This document shows positions 47,486-54,302 of a stretch of DNA of 64,000 nt, in pieces. Origin of the DNA: an uncultured virus (IMG/VR IMGVR_UViG_3300043418_000182) (taxonomy: Duplodnaviria > Heunggongvirae > Uroviricota > Caudoviricetes > Schitoviridae); the IMG/VR virus record IMGVR_UViG_3300043418_000182. One strand, 5' to 3'. The notes under the pieces were generated by a model. It was given only the letters and a program-made list of their open reading frames with translations, had not been told where the DNA came from and ran no database searches. Made by a program: the position numbers and the translations under genes. Each line of letters begins with the position of its first letter. The first letter of the stretch is position 1.

Positions 47486-48250
47486 GTGGATCCCATCAGC
47501 CTTCTCATGGCAGCACAAGCAGCAGTGGCTGCTGTGCGCAAAGGCTGTCAGATGCTCTCTGAAGGCAAGGCTGAGATTGGCAAGCTCAAGAAAAACATTG
47601 AGCAAGGCATTGGAGACGCTAAAGCAATCTACAAAGAAGTCACTGGCCTGTGGTCGTGGCTTCTTGGTTTATTTGGGGCTGGTCAAGGAAAGCCAAAAGG
47701 AACGGTACCAGCGGTTGCACCAACACCAGCAGTGGTTGTTGCACCTAGCCCAGCTAAGAAAGCTAAGCGAGAAGTCGAGCCAGAGTTATCGTATGAGGAG
47801 TACCAGACACAAGCAATCCACCAAGTCTGCGAACAGTTAAAGAGCTTCTTCGAAATCCGAAGAAAGCTGAAAGAACACTGTCTTGAATTGGAAGAGGTCA
47901 GCAAGACCACTACAACAATTGAAGACAGCGCTCTTGATAGAGTTGAGATCGAACTGCAGTTAGAAAACATGACAGTTCAGATCCGTGAAGCAATGGTGTA
48001 TGCACCCGCAGAACTGCGAAACATCTACAGCCGCTTCCTTGAGATGTACAACTTGATCATTGAAGAGCAAGAGTTTGCTCGTCAGGTCAAACGCAAGAAA
48101 GACAGGGATGCAAAGTGGCAACGGGAACTCCTCCGAAATCATCGTATAGACCGGGCAACGGTGGGGATAGCCGTGGCGGTAATGGTTCTGTGGATGTGGG
48201 CCTTTCTACTGTCACTCGGATGGCTCGTGAAGACACACACTGGTTCGTAG
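47486..48250 (+). CDS. coiled-coil membrane protein, lysis region
   Basis: GTG start, MDPISLL N-terminus, long helical region, C-terminal TM. Confidence 0.7.
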   Translation: MDPISLLMAAQAAVAAVRKGCQMLSEGKAEIGKLKKNIEQGIGDAKAIYKEVTGLWSWLLGLFGAGQGKPKGTVPAVAPTPAVVVAPSPAKKAKREVEPELSYEEYQTQAIHQVCEQLKSFFEIRRKLKEHCLELEEVSKTTTTIEDSALDRVEIELQLENMTVQIREAMVYAPAELRNIYSRFLEMYNLIIEEQEFARQVKRKKDRDAKWQRELLRNHRIDRATVGIAVAVMVLWMWAFLLSLGWLVKTHTGS

Positions 48251-48456
48251 TGGGTGTTGTCATCCTTTCCTTTGTCCTGTTCTTTGTCCTCCCAATTGGT
48301 GTGCTCATTGCCGTCGATAATGAGAAGCGGCTTGGAAGAGCCGAAGATCGTATTGATCGCAAGATCAAAAAATTGGAGAAACTTGAACTACTCTTAAAGG
48401 AGAGAGATGAAAAAGCTATTGTTCCTAAGCCTGCTACTGATGCTGGTGGCCTGTGA
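48220..48456 (+). CDS. type II membrane protein with periplasmic coiled coil
   Basis: MAREDTHW, TM helix, then KRLGRAEDRIDRKIKKLEKLE. Confidence 0.6.
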   Translation: MAREDTHWFVVGVVILSFVLFFVLPIGVLIAVDNEKRLGRAEDRIDRKIKKLEKLELLLKERDEKAIVPKPATDAGGL

Positions 48457-48625
48457 AGACAGGTACCGGTACTTTTGCCAGGATCCCAAAAACTTTCAGG
48501 CCAAGCGATGCCAAAAGCCAGATTGTCAATTCACTCAGGACTGCCCTGAATATCTTGTAGCCCCAGTATTGGAGAAGAAAATTGAATCCACTCAATCCCC
48601 CACGAGCTCTGTTCCAAACAACTGA
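48407..48625 (+). CDS. Cys-rich lipoprotein
   Basis: Signal peptide II MKKLLFLSLLLMLVA-C; four further Cys; AAGGAG RBS. Confidence 0.75.
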   Translation: MKKLLFLSLLLMLVACEDRYRYFCQDPKNFQAKRCQKPDCQFTQDCPEYLVAPVLEKKIESTQSPTSSVPNN

Positions 48626-49130
48626 AGAGCTGATCGCATTCTGTGAAGTCATGGTGTGGGCCTTCGTGGTCGGCATCGTGATGCTTGTGTTTGGTGGCTT
48701 GGTTTTCACCATGCTTTATTCCGTGACGTTTGTTCAGCAGCCTCTTAAAACGATGGCTCCGATTGACATGGCCTACACCAAGATGCTCAACGACATCGTT
48801 CTGCTGATGACGGGTTCTATCACTACCCTCATCGGTATGCGCGTGGCTAGAAAAGCCAGTGAGATGATTGCCAACAAGGTTTCGCCTATGTTGGTTCCCG
48901 GGGTAGCAGCTGCGGCCGCTACGGTACCTGGAGTTGTCTCCCCAAACGTACCGGTAGCTGAGGCACCTAAGCCAAGCGTAATGCCGGATTGGAATTGGAT
49001 GGGTTGGACGAATCCTCAGCTTGATGAAAGCTGGACACCGCCACCACCTCCAACGACGCCTGCGGATCACCGTGAGCCTGAAGAAGACCTCCATGACCTC
49101 GCAGTTGCTCGAGCAGAACAGAAAGGATGA
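48582..49130 (+). CDS. 2-TM holin-like membrane protein
   Basis: Two TM segments and a Pro-rich tail, upstream of spanin and endolysin; start uncertain. Confidence 0.6.
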   Translation: MNPLNPPRALFQTTEELIAFCEVMVWAFVVGIVMLVFGGLVFTMLYSVTFVQQPLKTMAPIDMAYTKMLNDIVLLMTGSITTLIGMRVARKASEMIANKVSPMLVPGVAAAAATVPGVVSPNVPVAEAPKPSVMPDWNWMGWTNPQLDESWTPPPPPTTPADHREPEEDLHDLAVARAEQKG

Positions 49131-49603
49131 AGATGCTGATGCTTCTCAGGAACCCCTGGATCATTCTCGGCGCGCTATCTGCCGTCTTAACTGCATACTT
49201 CTACGGCCACCATGCCGGTTTTGTGCAGAGGGACTTGGAGATGCAAGCCGAGATCTCAACAAAGAACGAGGAGGCTCGTGAGCGCGAAAGCGCGGTACGG
49301 GCCGAACTCGATCAAACAACCACTCAATTGAAAGACGCTACAGATGCCATCACTCAAAAGCAAACTGCTCTTGATCGCGCTATTAGCTCTGGGCGGGTGC
49401 GCCTCCCAGCCGCAAGTTGCGTACAAGCCAATGCAGGTACCTCCGCTGCCCCCGTCGATCGGGTTGAAGCAAACGCCGAATCTGACCGAGAGACTCTCCG
49501 ACTTATTGCTGCCATCGCAGCAGACGGAGACAAAGCCATCGTTCAACTCAACGCCTGCATCGACGCTTACAACCAAGTAAGGAGTCAAGTAAATGGTCAA
49601 TGA
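49127..49603 (+). CDS. i-spanin (Rz-like)
   Basis: N-terminal TM, coiled coil, SGRVRL hinge, AADGD.AIVQLNACIDAY. Confidence 0.85.
   Translation: MKMLMLLRNPWIILGALSAVLTAYFYGHHAGFVQRDLEMQAEISTKNEEARERESAVRAELDQTTTQLKDATDAITQKQTALDRAISSGRVRLPAASCVQANAGTSAAPVDRVEANAESDRETLRLIAAIAADGDKAIVQLNACIDAYNQVRSQVNGQ
49344..49580 (+). CDS. o-spanin (Rz1-like), embedded in the i-spanin gene
   Basis: +1 frame; lipobox LLALGG-C and Pro-rich PPLPP. Confidence 0.8.
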   Translation: MPSLKSKLLLIALLALGGCASQPQVAYKPMQVPPLPPSIGLKQTPNLTERLSDLLLPSQQTETKPSFNSTPASTLTTK

Positions 49604-50207
49604 ATCACAACTGCAACGATTGCACATCAACCCAGCGTTGTGTGCAGCACTAAACGAAACGTTTGAAACGTTCCACATCAGCACACCACGTCAGCAAGCA
49701 GCCTTCTTGGCTCAGTGTGGTCACGAAAGTGGCAACTTCACCAAGCTGGAAGAAGACTTGCGCTACAGAGCAGCAACTTTGTTCAAGATGTTCCCAAAGA
49801 CGCCAAAGCGTGCATGGGGGTTTGCATCTTTGGAAGAGGCCATGGCTTACCAAGGTCACCCAGAGCGCATTGCTTCACGCATCTACGGCGCTCGAATGGG
49901 CAACCGTGATGAAAAGTCAGGTGATGGCTGGCTGTACCGTGGCTCTGGAAACATGCAGCTCACCGGGGCGGCAAACTTCTTCCATGCCGGCAAAGCCTTG
50001 GGTGTCGACTTTGTCAAGAACCCTGATCTGGTGCGCACACCAGAATGGGCATTGAAGACTGCAGGCTGGTACTGGTCGACCCACAAGTGCAATGAGTTGG
50101 CTGAGAAAGCTGATTGGGTTGGCTTGACCAAAGCAGTCAATGGTGGCTTGATTGGCTATGACGATCGAGTGGCCCACACTGCTTTGGCACTCAATGTGCT
50201 GAACTAA
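49593..50207 (+). CDS. endolysin, glycoside hydrolase family 19
   Basis: AAFLAQCGHESG, GDGWLYRGSG.MQLTG, A.WYW and T..VNGG..G..DR. Confidence 0.92.
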   Translation: MVNESQLQRLHINPALCAALNETFETFHISTPRQQAAFLAQCGHESGNFTKLEEDLRYRAATLFKMFPKTPKRAWGFASLEEAMAYQGHPERIASRIYGARMGNRDEKSGDGWLYRGSGNMQLTGAANFFHAGKALGVDFVKNPDLVRTPEWALKTAGWYWSTHKCNELAEKADWVGLTKAVNGGLIGYDDRVAHTALALNVLN

Positions 50208-50232
50208 AAAAGGCTCCTTTGGGAGCCTTTTT
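50206..50232. terminator. bidirectional intrinsic terminator
   Basis: AAAAAGGCTCC-tttg-GGAGCCTTTTT between convergent operons. Confidence 0.9.
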
Positions 50233-50428
50233 CATTGAGGGGTCTGGCCACCAAAATAAACCATGGGCATAGGGATTAAATCCTTGGCATAGGCTACGAA
50301 GATGGAATCTCGCCATGGCCTGTGAGGGTTGAATGCCAACACCTCAACTCGTTCACCCGTAGACAAGGCTATAACGTCTTGGCCGTTGAACTGGTACCTG
50401 TGCCCCTGCCGAGCAATTTGAGGCTCAT
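50232..50428 (-). CDS. hypothetical protein, possibly frameshifted at the 5' end
   Basis: Protein-like frame IARQGHRYQFNG...PMVYFGGQTPQ; the natural ATGA-coupled start at 50428 is one base out of frame. Confidence 0.45.
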
Positions 50429-50628
50429 GCCATCCACCTTTGCTCGATGGAGCACCAGGCAACGTGCTCAGACTCGGTAATAACATGGCCTGCCATTACT
50501 TCATCAACCTGGCCACCCAGGCGGAAGTACCGGTCATCCCGAAAGCACATGAGCTTGTCACCGGGCTCAAGCACCACGGTGATTTCTTGTTTACCTTGTC
50601 GGTTGGTTTTTTCTTTGATGATTTTCAT
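50425..50628 (-). CDS. hypothetical protein
   Basis: ATGA-coupled chain of small ORFs. Confidence 0.6.
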   Translation of the reverse strand: MKIIKEKTNRQGKQEITVVLEPGDKLMCFRDDRYFRLGGQVDEVMAGHVITESEHVAWCSIEQRWMA

Positions 50629-50846
50629 TGCAGTGTTCCATTCAAGGCCTCAAAGAGAGGGTCAGGGTAGCCAAGCACATAGTTCAGCATGATTCGATCG
50701 GATTGATGCAGATGCACACCCATGCTGTACTCACGCACAAATGGGGTGCCATCTTTGTAGACACCGTGCACGCTGAGCTTTTCAACGTAGAGTTGCTCAC
50801 CGCGTTCAATGCACTGAGCCTCTTCTGGTGTCAGTGGTGCAGTCAT
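50625..50846 (-). CDS. hypothetical protein
   Basis: ATGA-coupled chain. Confidence 0.6.
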   Translation of the reverse strand: MTAPLTPEEAQCIERGEQLYVEKLSVHGVYKDGTPFVREYSMGVHLHQSDRIMLNYVLGYPDPLFEALNGTLQ

Positions 50847-51031
50847 CGTTGGCCTGGTTTGTTTTCCTGGTAGACACCAGAATGAGAAGTGCGATCTTTC
50901 AGAATGCCTACGCAGCCATTGCTTGGTGGCTTGTAGGGCACTTCAACACCGTTGACCATGGATGGTTTGGTAAAAGCGTCTTGAGATCCAGGGCGCATGA
51001 CAGGAGATGGGTTGAGTTGGAAGGGTTTCAT
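50843..51031 (-). CDS. hypothetical protein
   Basis: RPGSQDAF..PS motif; TAAACCAACTGAAAG leader. Confidence 0.6.
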   Translation of the reverse strand: MKPFQLNPSPVMRPGSQDAFTKPSMVNGVEVPYKPPSNGCVGILKDRTSHSGVYQENKPGQR

Positions 51032-51048
51032 TTGGTCTTTCAGTTGGT

Positions 51049-51177
51049 TTATTTGTGGCAGCCTTCAACAGTCAGGCCAGCTTGGGCGCGCAGGCAGTCC
51101 CAGACATCCGGCTCACCTTGAAAAAGGAAGAGCAGAGCGAAGACGAAGAGCCAGAATTTGAGGTCGTAGTTGCTCAT
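51049..51177 (-). CDS. 42-aa membrane protein (MSNYDLKFWLFVFALLFLFQGEPDVWD...)
   Basis: Read manually; ATGA-coupled to the upstream ORF. Confidence 0.55.
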   Translation of the reverse strand: MSNYDLKFWLFVFALLFLFQGEPDVWDCLRAQAGLTVEGCHK

Positions 51178-51443
51178 CGCGCACCTCCTTCAAAGGCTTC
51201 AATGGCTTCGAGAACCATGAATGAGTCAACCAGCAAGCCGTGTGGTTTTTTGTCCAGTTCATACCGGATGTACTCAGCAATGTAAGCAGCTAGTTGGGCA
51301 CGGCTCCCGCCGGTCAGCTGCTCAGCAAACTTTTGCAGTTGTTCGTAGGTAAACGAAACACCCGTGACGGCACGCATGGGGCCTTGGGTGTAAGGGATCG
51401 CACCACAGTTGTAAGCGGTGGTTCGGAGGTGTTCTTGGATCAT
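51174..51443 (-). CDS. hypothetical protein
   Basis: 89 aa, ends AIEAFEGGAR; AGAAAG RBS. Confidence 0.6.
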   Translation of the reverse strand: MIQEHLRTTAYNCGAIPYTQGPMRAVTGVSFTYEQLQKFAEQLTGGSRAQLAAYIAEYIRYELDKKPHGLLVDSFMVLEAIEAFEGGAR

Positions 51444-51488
51444 GGTGTGCTTTCTGAATGACGCACTTGATGCTCTATGACGCAGCGC

Positions 51489-51525
51489 AAAGAAAAAGGG
51501 CCTGAGTCGTTAGACCCAAGCCCTT
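51489..51525 (-). terminator. intrinsic terminator directly 3' of the attP tRNA fragment
   Basis: Minus strand AAGGGCTTGGGTC-TAAC-GACTCAGGCCCTT followed by TTT: 13-bp stem with 2 G-U. Confidence 0.85.
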
Positions 51526-51542
51526 GAATTTACTGCAAATTT

Positions 51543-51592
51543 TGGTGCGCCCGGAGAGACTCGAACTCCCGGCCCCCTGGTTCGTAGCCAGA
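51543..51592 (-). mobile_element. attP core: 3' half of tRNA-Arg(ACG)
   Basis: TCTGG-CTACGAA-CCAGG-GGGCC-GGGAG-TTCGAGT-CTCTC-CGGGCGC-ACCA; anticodon arm to CCA present, D arm and 5' acceptor strand absent; next to an integrase. Confidence 0.85.
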
Positions 51593-51729
51593 AGGTAGAT
51601 GAGCCAGTTTCCCTTGAAAGATCAAGTGCTTAGGTGGTTGGTAAATTGTCATTGTCAGGAAATTTGACAGAGCCTAAGTGTTTGATTTTTAAGGAAGTCA
51701 AAAATGGCTATGACGCAGTTTTTTGGGGT

Positions 51730-51975
51730 CTACCGGCGTGCAATCCAGCCAACTGGCTCGGTGTCTTCGCTGGTGATCTTGGCATACTCTGTGTCGGCCA
51801 AGGTACGGTCTTCAAAGCAGAACCGTCTGCCCCATCCGGTAGGGTTCATGTCCATGTAGATGGCGCGCGTGAACATCAGGTCTCCGATGCCCACAATGCT
51901 GCCGTCTTCCAACAACTTGATGTCTCGGTAGCCTCCTAAGGCGCGGATCTCGTCAAGCAATTCTTCATTGGTCAT
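51730..51975 (-). CDS. hypothetical protein
   Basis: MTNEELL...LMFTRAI...GWGRRFCF...EPVGWIARR. Confidence 0.65.
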   Translation of the reverse strand: MTNEELLDEIRALGGYRDIKLLEDGSIVGIGDLMFTRAIYMDMNPTGWGRRFCFEDRTLADTEYAKITSEDTEPVGWIARR

Positions 51976-52121
51976 TTCATGGCCCTCAGTTTCAGCAAAA
52001 GTCCCTCGGTGTAGAGGCGAGACCAAACGGCGATCGCTCCCGTCGCGTGAGCGAAAGGGAGCAGAGCCATCAGTTTATCGAGCTCTCTATCGGCTCGTTC
52101 AACAAGTTCTTCCCTGGTCAT
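51972..52121 (-). CDS. 49-aa hypothetical protein
   Basis: Read manually (MTREELVERADRELDKLM...); AGGAAC RBS and ATGA coupling. Confidence 0.5.
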   Translation of the reverse strand: MTREELVERADRELDKLMALLPFAHATGAIAVWSRLYTEGLLLKLRAMK

Positions 52122-52127
52122 GTGTTC

Positions 52128-53219
52128 CTATCTGAGGGGCGTTACCCGCTCTGCTTTTCTTCGGTAGATGCGCTCGGTGGTCTTGGCATCTGCGTGGGCC
52201 AGTAGGGCTCTGGCATGTTCAAGGGTGTCTGCATCACTGCCGACCTTGGCCCGAAGGTCATGCTCGGTGAAGTTTTGCTTGACGGCCGTCTCTTTGAGCA
52301 CTCGTTCAAAAAAGCGCTGCCACATCGACTTCCACCCAGATGCTTTGCTTGTGGTTTCGTTGACGTAGCCTTGGCCATACCGGTTGCAGAACAAGAACGG
52401 TGAGTTGGGGTTAGACCGTGAAGTCTTGGCCAGCTCTACTGCCTGACGAAGCTCTGGTGACCACTCGTAAATGGTCCGCTTGCCGGTTTTCTTCTTGGTT
52501 TTGTGCCTTTGGGTATGGATGCCGTCTTCTTTAAGTTGATCCTCCTGCAGCCGCAGCAAGTCACCTTGAGCCAGCCCAGTGAGTAGCTTGAGTCGAATGT
52601 AGGCTTGGATCATCAAGACACTGCCCTTTTTCCTTTTGGAATCCAATGACAGCGCTTCGATGATCTCCCAGTCTTCAACGTAGCGATCTCGGGGCAGAGC
52701 GTTTTGAAAGCGCATCTGGTAGGCAAATGGATGCCGGTTAATGAAGCCCCATTCCACAGCTTTGGTGTAAGCATGGGACAGCAGCTCCACTTCTCTGAGT
52801 GCAGCAATTCGCCCACCTGTCATTCGGCCAGTCTCAGGATCCTTCTTCTTGACCGATCGCTTGTCCACGTACTGGTAAACCAGTTGAGGCGTAAATGGTT
52901 CAAGAGGAAGGTGCCCAAAGATTTGTCGAATCTTTTTGAGCTGGCCTTTGTTGCTTGTTTGACTGGCGGCTGACTTGGTAGGGATGACCTCGATCACATA
53001 ACGATCAAGCAATTGGCCAATGGTCTTGGCAGTGTCAGCCCGTTCCACTCGATCAGCCCATACCTTGTAGGCTTCATTGAGCTTGTCACCCAGGCGGAAT
53101 ACTTTCTTGCCATCCCACAAGTGCTCCAAACCAGGGGGAACCCGGTAGTAGTAGGCACCGTGGTCGACCTTCCACCGAAGTGGTAGGCCTTTGTTTTCTT
53201 TGAGTCTGGCCTTGGCCAT
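52128..53219 (-). CDS. int: tyrosine recombinase / phage integrase
   Basis: N-terminal arm-binding region (GAYYYRVP), HDLRAK, LLAH, IYRR; box I reads TGLAQGDLL with the Arg missing. Confidence 0.9.
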   Translation of the reverse strand: MAKARLKENKGLPLRWKVDHGAYYYRVPPGLEHLWDGKKVFRLGDKLNEAYKVWADRVERADTAKTIGQLLDRYVIEVIPTKSAASQTSNKGQLKKIRQIFGHLPLEPFTPQLVYQYVDKRSVKKKDPETGRMTGGRIAALREVELLSHAYTKAVEWGFINRHPFAYQMRFQNALPRDRYVEDWEIIEALSLDSKRKKGSVLMIQAYIRLKLLTGLAQGDLLRLQEDQLKEDGIHTQRHKTKKKTGKRTIYEWSPELRQAVELAKTSRSNPNSPFLFCNRYGQGYVNETTSKASGWKSMWQRFFERVLKETAVKQNFTEHDLRAKVGSDADTLEHARALLAHADAKTTERIYRRKAERVTPLR

Positions 53220-53443
53220 TACATTGCATCCCAGTTGGGTACTGCTTGTTTGGTTTTACGGTTGGCTTCAGGATTGCCATCAAACACTTTGGTGATGTGG
53301 GCTCTGAGGATAGCGACGCTTCCATCAGGCCTCACACGGTGTTCAATTCCCATGGCTCTGAGAACCTTGACCTGCGCAGAGCAAACTTTGCGCTGGGTCA
53401 GTTCCTTTACTTCTTCAAAGTCTAGGAAGGTATCAGTGGCCAT
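53219..53443 (-). CDS. DUF4224-type excisionase
   Basis: FLD.EEVKELT.RK..SAQ...L..MGI.H.VRPDG...PNWDAM; directly upstream of int. Confidence 0.8.
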   Translation of the reverse strand: MATDTFLDFEEVKELTQRKVCSAQVKVLRAMGIEHRVRPDGSVAILRAHITKVFDGNPEANRKTKQAVPNWDAM

Positions 53444-53660
53444 GCCTTTCCGCCTGAGCCAGGATGTGTTCATCTTCAGCAGCTTGATAAGCAGCTTTCA
53501 GCTCTTCGTAGTGATTCTGGACATACCGGTAGTCAGCGTAGCCCAAGCCAGAAGCTTGAACAGCCTGAATATCGGCCATGTTGAACAGCCCAGTCAAACG
53601 AAGCTCTTCGTAGTCATGCCATTGTTGTAGGCGTTCTTGATTGAATTGAGGTTTTTGCAT
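53433..53660 (-). CDS. hypothetical protein
   Basis: YEELRLTGLFNM motif; coupled to the xis-like gene. Confidence 0.6.
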   Translation of the reverse strand: MQKPQFNQERLQQWHDYEELRLTGLFNMADIQAVQASGLGYADYRYVQNHYEELKAAYQAAEDEHILAQAERHGH

Positions 53661-53703
53661 GTAAATTGCTTTAAAATTTGGGAAATTCTTTAAAGGGAAA
53701 CCT

Positions 53704-54123
53704 ATGGCCGCCAATGAAATGATCGCTAAGTTGTTCCATGCTCGCACTGCTGCGCACATGGCTCATCTTCAAACTCGCTCTTTTGCAGAGCACAAAGCTC
53801 TGAACGAGTTCTACGATGAGATCGTCGACTTGGCGGACACGTTCGCTGAAACATACCAAGGCTTCTTTGGTTTGATCATGGATTACCCACCCATGGGCCT
53901 GCCTACTGGCAAAGCTTGTGATTGGATTGATGGTCTTCGCATGTACCTTGAGAAGAACCGTGAGTCCAACTGCAAAGGCAAAACCACACTTGAAAACATC
54001 AACGATGAGTTGATGGGTCTGTGTGCACAGACTTGCTACAAACTGCGCTTCTTGGACAATCCAGCAATGGAAGAGTCTGCTGAAGAAGAGCAAGCCGAGT
54101 ACATGGGAATGTCCAAGTGGTGA
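53704..54123 (+). CDS. ferritin/Dps-like protein (DUF5856-like)
   Basis: H..H.QT.SFAEHKAL.EFYD.I..L.D.F.E.YQG and LENINDE...YKLRFL; stand-alone gene on the opposite strand. Confidence 0.75.
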   Translation: MAANEMIAKLFHARTAAHMAHLQTRSFAEHKALNEFYDEIVDLADTFAETYQGFFGLIMDYPPMGLPTGKACDWIDGLRMYLEKNRESNCKGKTTLENINDELMGLCAQTCYKLRFLDNPAMEESAEEEQAEYMGMSKW

Positions 54124-54137
54124 TAAACCACTGAAAG

Positions 54138-54172
54138 AAAAAAGCCCTCCAAGTGAGGGCTTTTTTTTTTTT
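54138..54172. terminator. bidirectional intrinsic terminator
   Basis: AAAAAAGCCCTC-caagt-GAGGGC followed by T12. Confidence 0.9.
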
Positions 54173-54302
54173 ATTGTTTCAGGTGGTTCAAGAGGTAAAA
54201 CATGGCAAGGTGTGCCGAGTCTTTGGTCTGGGTTTTGTTGAACACCCTCACGTAGTGAAGGTACCAACCCCAGTTGTCACTGCCAACGGGGTAGCGTTTC
54301 AT
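54171..54302 (-). CDS. 43-aa hypothetical protein
   Basis: Read manually (MKRYPVGSDNWGWYLHYVRVFNKTQ...); ATGA-coupled to the polymerase stop. Confidence 0.45.
   Translation of the reverse strand: MKRYPVGSDNWGWYLHYVRVFNKTQTKDSAHLAMFYLLNHLKQ

Larger units (their letters stand above)
51458..51718. promoter_or_regulatory. attP arms: CTATGACGCAG direct repeats and IHF sites
   Basis: CTATGACGCAG at 51475-51485 and 51708-51718, ATGACGCA at 51458-51465; perfect IHF consensus (AATCAAACACTTA, - strand) at 51675-51687 and near-matches at 51620-51632 and 51517-51529. Confidence 0.7.

Noticed and set aside
51543..51620. Functional phage tRNA-Arg gene
   Set aside because: The upstream sequence provides no GCGCCCG acceptor strand or D arm. 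Only the 3' half is present, which fits attP.
54161..54172. T12 homopolymer as a phase-variation tract
   Set aside because: It is the U-tract of a bidirectional terminator and lies outside coding sequence apart from a stop codon.
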